Shown in pieces: positions 14,183 to 27,910 of a DNA stretch of 64,000 nt. The stretch lies in assembly GCA_951406725.2 (NCBI GenBank), contig OX597835.1, positions 22,258,001 to 22,322,000 of the forward strand, given 5' to 3'. A program made the translations under genes and the position numbers. Every line of letters begins with the position of its first letter. The first letter of the stretch is position 1. This stretch comes from Octopus vulgaris (taxonomy: Eukaryota). The notes beneath the pieces are model-generated. The model was given only the letters and a program-made list of their open reading frames with translations, ran no database searches and was not told where the DNA came from.

Positions 14183-14528
14183 TGTGTATTTGCGTGTGTG
14201 TGGATATGTGAGATGTAAGTACGCGTCTATTTATGTACGCACACACACATGTCCATGGCCGTCACTAGCAAACGAAGGCAACTTTGTAATATATGTAACA
14301 TGCTTCCGTTAAGTATTGTACATGTAATCGCGAGCAGACATATCTACAATATACTGTTGCATAATGGCCAACGTAAAAATAAATTTTTATCTAATTTGTG
14401 TGAGCAATTCAGTTTATCAGACTTGCATCAAAAGGTGAGGCCTTACATTGGCACAATGTACTACGTAACTTTTGACATAGAACTTCTGCGTGCAATGGCG
14501 TTAAAAACAGAATGCACACACACACACT

Positions 14529-14832
14529 TGGAGGCGCAATGGCCCAGTGGTTAGGGCAGCGGACTCGCGGTCGGAGGATCGCGGTTTTGATTCCCAGGCC
14601 GGGTGTTGTGAGTGTTTATTGAGCGAAAACACCTAAAAGCTTCACGAGGATCCGGCCGGGGCTGGTGATCCCTGCTGTACTTTTTCACCACTCTTTCTCC
14701 CACTCTTTCTTCTGTTGGCCTGCTCGCTTAGCCAGCGGGGTGGTGTCATTCAAAGGCTAAAACAATGCGAACGCATTGTGACCAGCGATGTGTAAAAACA
14801 TCTGATGGTCTGGTCGGTCACGTGGTCACGTG

Positions 14833-14835
<3 letters not shown>
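14529..14835 (+). mobile_element. SINE with family B head and an alternative, RTE-related 3' tail (B2)
   Basis: 5' about 180 bp match family B; tail 14770-14835 matches the reverse complement of 18121-18178. Confidence 0.85.
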
Positions 14836-14873
<38 letters not shown>

Positions 14874-14894
14874 TAGTTATATATATATATATAT

Positions 14895-15460
14895 TGTATT
14901 TTTATATAAGCTTAAAGCTTATGGCGATCACCGTGCAATGACTAAGGAAAACAGTCTATTAAAGGGGCATATAAGCCCTTGACAGAAAAAAAAGAAGGTT
15001 TTCTTATCTGCACGGGAGTCAAACCCACATCCCTTTGTTAACGCATCTAAGTGTTTTACCTTTACACCAGATAATCGGCATCACCAGCTCTGTCAAATTT
15101 AAGAACTATAAGAGTTCGTGTTTGTTTTTATGTAAACTAACATTCTGTATGCTGTGAGCGCAACCCTAGTAACAACTAAGTTGCTTAATACATTGTCCTG
15201 ATGTAAGAGCGCACCTTTTGATGCCAATCTGATGAAGTGGTCCTGAAATGTTTAAAGCTGTAAATATTACGTAACTTTTCATGTGTGCATTACATGCAAT
15301 GCCGTTGAAAACGGTGTGTTACCGAAACAATTGTAACTGGTCTTTAAAGATGGGATGATCCGGTTCTTGACTGAAGATTAGAGGCTTCGATTGACCCGTC
15401 CGTTTTTTATGTCGTCTATTTGAATGTTTTGCGTTCTTGTCCCATTTTATATTTTTATAT
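14895..15460. mobile_element. Penelope-like (pLTR-type) fragment between AT-rich/(TA)n tracts
   Basis: Degenerate hammerhead-like motif 15305-15340 (TTGAAAA c ggt gtgtt acc GAAA caattg TA); tRNA-like segment on the minus strand; 3' part resembles 37130-37270 (-). Confidence 0.4.
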
Positions 15461-15489
15461 ATAATTTTTATACATATAATTTTTATAAA

Positions 15490-15657
15490 GGCGCAGGAGT
15501 GGCTGTGTGGTAAGTAGCTTGTTTACCAACCACATGGTTCCGGGTTCAGTCCCACTGCGTGGCACCTTGGGCAAGTGTCTTCTACTATAACCTCGGATTT
15601 GGTAGACGGAAACTGAAAGAAGCACGTCGTATATATGTATATACATGTATATATATA

Positions 15658-15688
<31 letters not shown>

Positions 15689-15900
15689 TTGTGTGTCTGT
15701 GTTTGTCCCCCTAGCATTGCTTGACAACCGATGCTGGTGTGTTTATGTCCCCGTTATTTAGCAGTTCGGCAAAAGAGACCGATAGAATAAGTACTGGGCT
15801 CACAAAAAGAATAAGTCCCGGGGTCGAGTTGCTCGATTAAAGGCGGTGCTCCAGTATGGCCGCAGTCAAATGACTGAAACAAGTAAAAGAGTAAAAGAGT
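15490..15900 (+). mobile_element. SINE family A, full length with small internal deletion
   Basis: ggcgcaggagtggctgtgtggtaagtagc...gtaaaagagtaaaagag. Confidence 0.92.
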
Positions 15901-16484
15901 ATATATTATTTCCTATAGAAATACACAGCTGAAATGCGTCGAAAAAGTGCAGAAAAGCGACGCTTTTCAACTGCTGTTGATATTTTTCTTCCGTTTTGAG
16001 GTCTATGATATACAGATCGCTTTTCTGAACAAATACTGAACAAATACTGCCTCCGTCTCTAACAACGAATAAAAGCAAATCGACCTTGAGCAGCAAATCT
16101 GAACTATTTAACTGATGTAAGTCATTCTTCGAAGTTTCCGATTTCGAGACGTTTGCAAACCGAACGATTAAAATATTAATATACTTCCACGTTTCACTAT
16201 CGCATACGATTTACTGTTTTTGCTTTTTGGTTGTTGTTTTTTTACATAAGCATACATAATACATAAGCACACACACACATGCATTCGTGTTCCCTTTTAT
16301 GTATAAAAGATTAAGAACATAGATATACCGTTATCCTTTGTCGATGTAATTTTATTTATTTATATCACTAATTCCAGATTGAAAACAGATCGTGTTTCTC
16401 GTGTTAATTATTTTCCGTAAAGAGAAAGCCATAGAAAATAGAACTTCAACACCTAGTTTTTTCTTTATGAAATCAGATCGCTGT

Positions 16485-16530
<46 letters not shown>

Positions 16531-16539
16531 TATATATAT

Positions 16540-16570
<31 letters not shown>

Positions 16571-16722
16571 CATACATACATACATACATACATACATACA
16601 TACAAACATACATACATACATACTTACATATGCCTATAATTTTATAAATAGAATTTTGTAGATTGAATAATTTTTGTAGTCTACCGATGATAAGCAATGT
16701 ACATCCTGCTGAAGATTGAGAG

Positions 16723-16805
<83 letters not shown>

Positions 16806-17099
16806 TTATCTATCTGTCTGTCTGTCTGTCTGTCTGATCGTCTGTCTGTCTGTCTACTTCTAATACAGGATAAAAATTTTTTTCAAAAATTTCATCAAGT
16901 GGCCAGCATATTAAAATACCTTTAAAGGTGATAATTATAAACACTTATAAATAAGGGCAAAAGAAGAAAATTCTATGCCAAATACTGAGAAATAGACTTT
17001 AAAATCGTCAATCACCACATGCAATATACATCACTATAGATACACGTTTTGCTGAAATCGAGGAAAGCAAGCTGTCTGAATTTTATTAAAAATGCGTTA

Positions 17100-17158
17100 T
17101 CTCTATATTGAATCAATTTCGGGATTAATCCAACGGATTTTACCCTCTTCAGCAGAGA
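17100..17158 (-). ncRNA. Type I hammerhead ribozyme motif (left arm of inverted repeat)
   Basis: Minus strand: tctctg CTGAAGA ggg taa aatcc gtt ggatt aat ccc GAAA ttgattcaa TA tagaga; stems I, II and palindromic III all present. Confidence 0.75.
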
Positions 17159-17228
17159 ATACGATCAGAAATAAATGAAATACTTACAAGCACCCAAATG
17201 CTTGTATTTCATTTATATCTTATCGTAT

Positions 17229-17288
17229 TCTCTGCTGATGAGTGGGAAAATCCGTTGGATTAATCCCGAAATTGATTCAATATAGAGA
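17229..17288 (+). ncRNA. Type I hammerhead ribozyme motif (right arm of inverted repeat)
   Basis: tctctg CTGATGA gtgggaaaatccgttggattaatccc GAAA ttgattcaa TA tagaga. Confidence 0.72.
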
Positions 17289-17325
17289 TAAAATGTGTTA
17301 TTTCAGCAAAACGTGTATTCATAGT

Positions 17326-17550
17326 GGAGCTGGCAGAATCGTTAGCACCCCGGGCGAAATGCTTTGCGGTATTTCGTCCGCCGCTGCGTTCCCAGTTCAA
17401 ATTCCGCCGAGGTCGACTTTGCCTTTCATCCTTTCGGGGTCGATAAATTAAGCACCAGTTGCGCACTGGGGTCGATGTAATCGACTTAATACCTATGTCT
17501 GTCCTTGTTTGTCCCCTCTATGTTTGGCCCCTTGTGGGTAGTAAAGAAAT
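17326..17550 (+). mobile_element. SINE family C
   Basis: Matches the 12382 and 48085 copies. Confidence 0.88.
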
Positions 17551-17577
17551 ATATATATTGTATATATATTCTATCTA

Positions 17578-17802
17578 TACTTGTTTCAGTAATTTGCCTG
17601 CACCGTCTTTAGTCGAGCAAATCGACCCCAGGACTTATTCTTTGTAAGCCTAGTACTTATTCTATCGGTCTCTTTTGCCGAACCGCCAATTTACGCGGAC
17701 GTAACACACCAGCATCAGTTGTCAAGTGATGGTGGGGGGACAAACACAGACACACACATACACACACACACGCTCGCACGCGCACGCACATACATACAAA
17801 CA

Positions 17803-17888
<86 letters not shown>

Positions 17889-18039
17889 CGAAGTTTCCAT
17901 CTACCAAATCCATTCACAAGTCTATGGTCGGTTCGAGGCTATAGTAGAAGACATTCGCCCAAGGTACCACGCAGTAGGACTGAACCTGGAACCATGTGGT
18001 TGGTTAGCAAGCTACTTACCACACAGCCACTCCTGCGCC
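17578..18039 (-). mobile_element. SINE family A
   Basis: Family A consensus with expanded internal microsatellite. Confidence 0.88.
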
Positions 18040-18048
18040 TACATGTAC

Positions 18049-18119
<71 letters not shown>

Positions 18120-18858
18120 GTATCACGCTATCGACCAGACGATCAGATGCTGTTATACACCGCTAGTCACAATGCGTTGCGCCATTCTTTTCCATTTTGA
18201 CTTAAATTGCTTAACTGCATTGTCTTACCATCGTCGTGGTGGCATTCCAAGCAACCTTTTCTGATCTCTTGGATATCATTCGGCAACTGCATGGGTCCAC
18301 TTGGTGTCGGTGAACCTTGCGACATGTCCGGCCCAGCAGAATTTGGGTTTTTGGTACGCTGCGATCCCATCATTCATTTCGTTCCGTTCTTGAATCATCT
18401 CATTTCGACTGTGCTCTCGTAATGATATTCCTAGCACGGAACTTTCCATGGCTCTTTTGTGTCATTGCCAATCGATGTTTTATCCTCTTCGTAGTAGCAC
18501 ACGTCTCACTTACATGTAAGAGCACAGGTAGGGCGATGCTATTGAAAGGTCTGTCACGTAAGGCGTTGCCTAGCTCCGATTCGCAGTTGGATAACATTGT
18601 ACTCGTCGCTGAAACCAGAGACCAGCAACAGACCATGCAGACCGAGCTGAACGTTCAGAGTTTAGGTCTTAAAACGAACCGCATGGAAACAAAATATATG
18701 CGTGCGGTTGATGTAACATAAGACCGAATAGAGGTGAGAAGCGAGGAAATCGGGAAGACACAGGATTGTGTCTACTTAGGGCATACAGGGAATATGCGTC
18801 GAGATATGGAGGCTGAAATCTCAAAGAAAATAAGGGCAGGAAGGAAGGCGTTTACATT
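18120..18858 (-). mobile_element. RTE-clade LINE relic with inverted 5' segment
   Basis: Minus 18550-18175: FNSIALPVLLHVSET..WAGHVARFTDTKWTHAVAE*YPRDQKR..PPRRW. Plus 18572-18858: DNIVLVAE..LGLKTN..TKYM..CVYLG..EISKKIRAGRKAF (RT motifs). Confidence 0.8.
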
Positions 18859-18902
18859 GGAAGACTACAATGACAACCAAAATTGCATGCCCAGAATAAA
18901 AC

Positions 18903-19287
18903 ACAAGACTGGCTGTGTGTTAAGAAGTCTACTTCTCATTCAAATGGTTCCGGGTTCAGTTCCACTGCGTGGCACCTTGGATGTTTTCTACTACAGCTTC
19001 GGGCCGGCCAAAGACTTGTGAGTGGAAAGACTTGTGAGTGGATTTGGTAGGCGGAAATTGAAAGAAGCCCGTCATACATGTATGTGTGTGTGTGTGTCTA
19101 TGTCTTGACAACCGGTGTTGGTGGGTTTACGTCCCCGTGACTTAACGGTTCTGCAAAAGAGACCGATAAAATAAGTACCGGGCTTCAAATGTAAGTACTG
19201 GGGTCGATTCATTCGACCAAAATTCCTTAAGGTTGTGCTCCAGCTTGACCGCAGTCTAATGACTGAAACAAGTAAAAGATAAAAGAG
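18903..19287 (+). mobile_element. SINE family A (older variant)
   Basis: Head, CORE-like segment and tail recognisable. Confidence 0.85.
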
Positions 19288-19486
19288 AAGACAAAGAACG
19301 GGCACATAGGAACCTTCAGGAGTAACATCGATAAACTGAGGCGAGCACGGAATTTCTGAAGGACGCGGTTTCCAGACAGCTTAAAGACCGACGCGGCTTA
19401 TTTATTGCATGCTTCGAGAATTCGGAGCATGAAGAATATGTTTCCGAAAGTCATGGGGTCTGCGTTGTGTTCTGGTTTTAGAAGCA

Positions 19487-19649
19487 CAGGCACGGGCGTA
19501 GCTGTGTGGTAAGAAGTTTGCTTCCCAACCACATGGCTCCGGGTTCAGTCCCATTGCGCGGCATCTTGAGAAAGTGTCTTCCATTATAGCTTCGGGCCGA
19601 CCAATGCTTTACGACTGGATTTGGTAGACGGAAACTGAAAGAAGACCCT

Positions 19650-19686
<37 letters not shown>

Positions 19687-19930
19687 GAGAGAGATAATCC
19701 TTGTGTCTGTGTTTCTCTCCATCGTCTGACAACAAGTGTCGATGTGTTTACGACCCCGTAACTTAGCGGATCGGCAAAAGTAACCGATAGAATGAGTACC
19801 AGGCTTGAAAAGAAAGTAAACACTGGGGTGGGGGTGGGAGTCGATTAATTCGACTAAAATTCCTCATTGAGATGCCCCAGCATGGCCGCGGTCTAATGAC
19901 TGAAACAAGTAAATAAAAGAAAAAAGATAA
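19487..19930 (+). mobile_element. SINE family A (older variant)
   Basis: Head, CORE-like segment and tail recognisable. Confidence 0.85.
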
Positions 19931-20395
19931 AAGATCCCCGCGGATGGCAGAGATTAGGGTGGCCAAAGATGTTGCTGAAAAGGTGGTGAATACGTATGAG
20001 GGCTTGTACCAAGTCAGCTGCGAGACGTCGGGGTTGTGGTGCGTCAATTGCTCGGAGAAGAAAGACGTTCAAGATATGGCAAATAACTTATCTAGACAGA
20101 TGTTTTGACAAGAGGCAGGGGTCCGTTTCTCCCAAAGTGCGTTCGTTCACCAACCCCCATGTGCTCTGCGCACTGTCGTTGCTTCATAATTACTGACCCT
20201 TTACTAAGTTCACTCAGCCTTTTTGACGGATCTTCACCTTTTTTTTTTAGTTTTTTTTTGTTTTTGTTTTTTTGTTGATGTTGTTTTTCTGTCCTGTTGA
20301 GTTTCTAGTAACCCTCCTTGCCAGGGTGGCGTGATGGGTGTGTCGTTTTGCTTGCCGAGGACCTGACCATGAAACAGGTTGCACTGAATTATACT

Positions 20396-20442
<47 letters not shown>

Positions 20443-20569
20443 TCGCACAAGTTCATAAATATATAAACACATACACACACACACAAACATAACACTTATA
20501 CATACATACGTACGTGCATAAATATACACACTCATACACACCTGTTGGAATATTATTGTAATGCCATCG

Positions 20570-21229
20570 TCGCCACCACCACAACCACCAGTACTGCTAC
20601 CACAACCACCCCTACTCACCGTCACCACTCCACCATCGTCACTACAACCACCACCACCACCACCACCACTACCATCACTACCACCACTACCACCACCTCC
20701 CATCACTATCATCATCACCGCCACCACCACCACTACCACTTCCCATCACTGTCATCACTACCACCACGACCACCACCACGACCACCACCATCACCACCAC
20801 CATCATTACCGCCACCACCACCACCAATAGCACCTTCAAGCACCACCACCACCACCACCACCACCACCACCACCAGCATCAATACCACCACTACCACCAC
20901 CACCCCCGATCACTGTCATCATCACCGCCGCCGCCACCACCACCACCACCACCACCACCACCACCAACAGCAACAACAACAACAACAACAGCACCTTCTA
21001 GTGCCTTCACTACCACCACAAAATAACAACTACCTGTTAATGCTGTGTTCATTTCGCCTAAGTCCACCTAGGTCAAGTAAATTCAGACCAAGCACTTTCC
21101 ATCCGATGACCATCCAGTCCATTAAGGAGTGTCCTGAACGACATCAGATAATATAGTCCTTCCTCCGGTGATTTTTGACTGCTATTTCTAACTGTATACG
21201 TGTTGATACGACTAGTAGTAGTAGTATTC

Positions 21230-21270
<41 letters not shown>

Positions 21271-21570
21271 TGTGATGGTGGTAGTGGTGGTGGTGGTGGT
21301 GGTGGTAGTGGTAGTGGTGGTGGTGGTGCTTGAAGGTGCTATTGGTGGTGGTGGCGGTAATGATGGTGGTGGTGATGGTGGTCGTGGTGGTGATGGTGGT
21401 GGTAGTAATGACAGTGATGGGAGGTGGTAGTGGTGGTGGTGGCGGTGATGATGGTAGTGGTGGTTGTGGTGGTGGTGGTGGTGGTTGTAGTAACGATGGT
21501 GGAGTGGTGACGGTGAGTAGGGGTGGTTGTTATCGCAGTACTGGTGGTGGTTGTGGTGGTGGTGGTGGTG
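20570..21570. repeat. Inverted duplication of a cryptic (CAC)n-rich block (about 20570-20870 vs 21300-21570)
   Basis: Unique anchors cagtactgc, cccctactcaccgtcaccactccaccatcg, cccatcactgtcat and aatagcaccttcaagcac occur in both orientations. Confidence 0.85.
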
Positions 21571-21844
21571 GTGGTAGTGGTGGTGGTGGTGATTGTGGTG
21601 GTGGTGGTGGGGTGATTGTGGTGGGGTGGTGGTGGTGGTGGTAGTGGTGGTGGTGGTGGTGGTGGTGGTGGTGGTGGTGGTGGTGGTGGTGGTGGTAGTA
21701 GCCAAGTATTTATATAAAATAAATGAAATTAATAACGAAAAATTATATACACATGTGAAATAACACAACACACACACACACACACAGACAGACAGGCGCG
21801 TACACACATGCACACACATACACACGTATATACATATTTATATT

Positions 21845-21901
<57 letters not shown>

Positions 21902-22157
21902 ATATATATATTCACACACATACATATATGAATATAAATATAAATATACACTTATGTGTATATACAGATGTACATATAAATAAACATACAAACACATGCA
22001 CAAACAAACGTCTCTCTCTCTCACTCTCCCTCAATATGTGTGTGTGTGTGTGTATCACACACGTATACACACACACACACATATCAATACACAGACGCAT
22101 GCGCAAAGTTACATGGCCTCCACCCCCACGTACATACGCAAATGTGTGTGTGTGTGC

Positions 22158-22190
<33 letters not shown>

Positions 22191-22538
22191 CATGTGTGTG
22201 TTTTATATCTCGAGCAATAAAACGGAGGCGAAAAGAAAGGGAAGAAACGAAGTGTTGGCTTAAAAGCTTGAAATCCTATTAAAAATGTAAAGCAAAAAGA
22301 AACAGCAACAACAACCACTCACACACATATACACACGCATACACGTACACAAAAACAACCGCAAAAACACAGGACAGAAAGGAACAGAGAGAGGGAGAGA
22401 GAGAGAGAGAAGGAGAGAAAGGGATAGATTGGTGGTGGTGGTGGGGTGACAAGATCAAATATAATAAATAAGAGAAAATTTTTGCAAACTAAGCTATATC
22501 AACATGACCCGACAGCCAGGACACATTTTTTAATTTTA

Positions 22539-22574
<36 letters not shown>

Positions 22575-22595
22575 CATGTGTGTATATATATATAT

Positions 22596-22626
<31 letters not shown>

Positions 22627-22672
22627 TACATGTGTGTATATATATATATACATATATATATATATGTATATA

Positions 22673-22728
<56 letters not shown>

Positions 22729-22735
22729 TATATAT

Positions 22736-22810
<75 letters not shown>

Positions 22811-22825
22811 CATATATACATACAC

Positions 22826-22860
<35 letters not shown>

Positions 22861-22908
22861 TATATATATATATATGTATGTTTATACATGTGTATATATG
22901 TATATGTG

Positions 22909-22979
<71 letters not shown>

Positions 22980-23213
22980 ATGTATGTATGTATATACATG
23001 TGTATATATGTATACGATATTTGTTGTTCTAAGTGAGAGGTTGGCTATATTTTTCTGACTTGTTCGTTTATTTTTTTCTTCTTTTATGAATTGTTTTTAT
23101 TTCATTTTTTTTTTTACTTTAATCTGTTTTTATTTTATTAATAATGAGTTTTTGGTCCCTCGAAAATGTGAAAATCACATTTCTGGTATTCATACTAATG
23201 TTGCCGCTGCTGT

Positions 23214-23310
<97 letters not shown>

Positions 23311-23415
23311 GATAATAACGTTGACGATGACGATGATGATGACGTTGATGATGATGATGATGACGATGATGATGATGATGATTATGATGACGATGATGAT
23401 GATGATGATGATGAC

Positions 23416-23476
<61 letters not shown>

Positions 23477-23589
23477 GTGGTGGTTGTGGTGGTGGTGGTG
23501 GTGGTGATAATAACGTTGACGATGACGATGATGATGACGATGATGATGATGATGATTATGATGACGATGATGATGATGATGATGATGAC

Positions 23590-23641
<52 letters not shown>

Positions 23642-23772
23642 GTGGTGGTTGTGGTGGTGGTGGTGGTGGTGATAATAACGTTGACGATGACGATGATGAT
23701 GACGATGATGATGATGATGACGATGATGATGATGATGATGATGATGACGATGATGATGATGATGATGATGAC

Positions 23773-23815
<43 letters not shown>

Positions 23816-23930
23816 ATGATGACGATGATGATGATGGTGATGATGATGACGATGATGATGATGGTGATGGTGATGATGATGATGACGATAATGATGATGA
23901 CGATGATGATGATGATTATGATGATGATGA
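23214..23930. repeat. (GAT)n microsatellite with higher-order unit of about 160-180 bp
   Basis: (ggt)n-gataataacgttgacgatgac recurs three times (about 23296, 23476, 23641). Confidence 0.92.
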
Positions 23931-24054
23931 TTGTATGTATGTATGTATGTATGTATGTATGTATGTGTGTATGTATGTATGTATGCATGTATGCATGTAT
24001 GTATGTATTATGTATGTGTGCATTTATCTATGTCTGTGCGTATGTTTGCGCGTA

Positions 24055-24085
<31 letters not shown>

Positions 24086-24764
24086 ATATATGTATGTCTA
24101 TATTATATTGTGTATATTCGCGGGTTGCACGTATGTAAGCACATGTATGCATGTTCATATGTATGCGTGTATGTTTGAATATATGTACGTACGCGTGTAT
24201 CTATGCATGTGTATATATGTATATGTGCGTGTATCTATGTATGTGAGTGTGTGTATGAAAGTGTATACGTATGTGTATATGTGTGTGTGTGTGTGTGCGT
24301 GTGTGTATTGTATGTGTGTGTGCATGCATACATGTATGTATTAGGCGTTTATAATTTTGTATGTCAGTGTTTTACGGAATATATGTTCCATGTAAGAAAA
24401 TCCGGACATCGTATGTGGATTTATTCGTGTATATTCGGGTGTAGGTATACCTGCATTAATATCTGCATCTGTCTATCTATCCATCGATCTAGCTATCTAT
24501 CGATCGATCGATCGATCTATTTATCGATCTATCTATCTGTCTGTCAATCTATCTATCTATCTATCTATCTACCCATCTATCTATCTATTGATCGATCGAT
24601 CTATCCATCTATCTATCTTTCTATCTATCTATCGATCGATCGATCTATTTATCCATATTTCTATCTACCTATCAGTCTGTTTGTCTATCCCTTTCTCTCG
24701 TTCATTTTCTCTCTCTACCTCTTTCTCTCTCTTTATCTATCTATCCATGTATACGTATATATAA

Positions 24765-24807
<43 letters not shown>

Positions 24808-24837
24808 CATACATATATACATACATACATATATACA

Positions 24838-24879
<42 letters not shown>

Positions 24880-24964
24880 TATAACAATATAAATAATATA
24901 TATTTATGCATATATACATACGTATACATGCACACACACACACACACACGCACACTCACGCACA

Positions 24965-25026
<62 letters not shown>

Positions 25027-25241
25027 CATGCACCCAGAAACATAACACGGATTCGTCTTCGCGCACTAGTGACGTTCTGAGACTCCTTTTGGCTGTGTCT
25101 TGGACACTTGACACATTTTTGGCTGCCTTGCGGTACTCACAAGACATACAGACATGTGCCTGCGTGCCTGCCTATGTGCGAGTGCGCGCCTTCGAGTGTG
25201 CATGTGCGTGTGGTTATTGATACGCATATTTTACATGACGC

Positions 25242-25284
<43 letters not shown>

Positions 25285-25298
25285 ATGTATACTCTTAG

Positions 25299-25502
25299 TC
25301 TTTTACTCTTTTACTTGTTTCGGTCGTTTGACTGCGGCCATGCTGGAGCACCGCCTTTAATCGAGCAACTCGACCCCGGGACTTATTCTTTTGCAAGCCC
25401 AGTACTTATTCTATCGGTCTCTAAGTAACACTAAGTAACGGGGACATAAACACACCAGCATCGGTTGTCAAGCAATGCTTCGGGGGACAAACACACACAC
25501 GC

Positions 25503-25535
<33 letters not shown>

Positions 25536-25698
25536 CACGACGGGCTTCTTTCAGTTTCCGTCTACCAAATCCACTCACAAGGCTTTGGTCGGCCCGAGGC
25601 TATAGTAGAAGACACTTGCCCAAGGTGCCACGCAGTGGGACTGAACCCGGATCCATATGGTTGGTAAGCAAGCTACTTACCACACAGCCACTCCTGCG

Positions 25699-25700
<2 letters not shown>
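25299..25700 (-). mobile_element. SINE family A, full length
   Basis: Family A consensus. Confidence 0.92.
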
Positions 25701-25762
<62 letters not shown>

Positions 25763-25892
25763 CATGAATATTTGGGGTCTATGTATGCACTCGACTGAGT
25801 GTGTGTATACGTATGTGGGTGCACGATGTATTGTTCGTGTATTATATTTACCCAGGTGAATTACATATTTGGTTAGCATATATAAATACATA

Positions 25893-26335
<443 letters not shown>

Positions 26336-26937
26336 CTGTGTACTTTTAGTGTATGTGCCATTATATATATATTGATAAGCGAGCAAGCATGTTACACGTG
26401 TACATACGAAGTGTCCGATTTGCATAGTCATGTACATTCCTGCCTGCATATATATACACATATGCATACAAGTATATACAATTTATACAGCCAGACAAAC
26501 AACCATATGAAGATACATAATACATTCAAGACATAATATATACATATACATTCATACATGCGTACATGTATACATGCATTGAAAACTATGTAATCACGCT
26601 ATAAAACACGTGTACATGTATAATGTTGGAAGTCGAAGAATGTAGAAATTTTAACCAAAACGTCACACCCTTCTACAGATATGTATACAAAGGACGATAT
26701 ATATATGTGTGTGTATGTGTGTGTGTGTGTGTGTGTGTGAGCACAGATATGTGTGTGTGTTAGTATGTGTTTGTGTGGTGTGTGTGTGTGTGTGTGCATG
26801 TGCGTATATAGTCGTCTTGACGACGACGACTATAAACACATACAAATACACACACTTATGTACGTATGTATCTATGTGTGCAATGTGTATGTATGTGTAT
26901 GTGCGCACAGATATGTATGTGTGTATATATGTATATG

Positions 26938-26990
<53 letters not shown>

Positions 26991-27030
26991 GTACGCATGT
27001 ACGTTTGTCTATATGTATGTATATATGTAA

Positions 27031-27061
<31 letters not shown>

Positions 27062-27134
27062 CATACGCATGTGTATGTATAGATATGTATATATATATAT
27101 ATATTTATATCTGTTTGTGTATATATATATGCAT

Positions 27135-27183
<49 letters not shown>

Positions 27184-27518
27184 ATGTATGTGTGTGGGCA
27201 CCCTCTCACATACACACGTACTAAGAGTATGAGAGGGTGTATATATTCTATGCATCTGTGTTGCATGTGTAAATATTGTTCTACGACAGAGCATAGAGAT
27301 TGCTGATTTTGTATTTCAGCTTATTTTGTCTCTGACTCAGTTCTTGTAGCAACAAGTGGCCATCGCAAATTGATTCCTTCTACCTGGCACCAACTTTTGG
27401 TAAAGTCGGGCAGACGTTTGTCTCCACACCCACCAACTGATGTAGCTTTTATGTGGACTGCGCACATACTGGAGCACCACTTGAAGAATTTTCTGTGGAA
27501 TTAATCGACATCAGTACG

Positions 27519-27732
27519 CTTTTACTCTTTTACTCATTTACTTGTTTCAGTCATTTGACTGTGACCACGCTGGAGCACCGCCTTTCAGTCGAGTAAATCG
27601 ACCTCAGGATTTATTCTTTGTAAGCCTAGTACTTATTCTATCGGTCTCTTTCGCCGAACCGCTAAGTTACGGGGACGTAAACACACCAGCATCGGTTTTC
27701 AAGCGATGTTGGGTGGACAAACACACACACAA

Positions 27733-27787
<55 letters not shown>

Positions 27788-27910
27788 TACATATATACGA
27801 CGGGCTTCTTTCAGTTTCCATCTACCAAATCCACTCACAAGGCTTTGGTCGGCCCGAGGCTATAGTAGAAGACACTTGTACAAGGTGCTGCACAGTGGGA
27901 CTGAACCCGG
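27519..27910 (-). mobile_element. SINE family A, 5'-truncated
   Basis: Family A consensus. Confidence 0.9.

Noticed and set aside
14529-14600. tRNA genes at SINE heads
   Set aside because: A and B boxes are present, but they continue into SINE bodies, often with TSDs, and lack a complete cloverleaf.
15855-15890. SINE A tail agtc-aaat-gact-GAAA-caag-TA as a hammerhead
   Set aside because: No NUGANNA core or stem I; better explained as the LINE-derived 3' stem-loop.
23086-24138. 350-aa poly-Asp ORF resembling an acidic biomineralisation protein
   Set aside because: It is a (GAT)n tract, also open as poly-Met and poly-Ile, and runs into (TATG)n with no complex domain.
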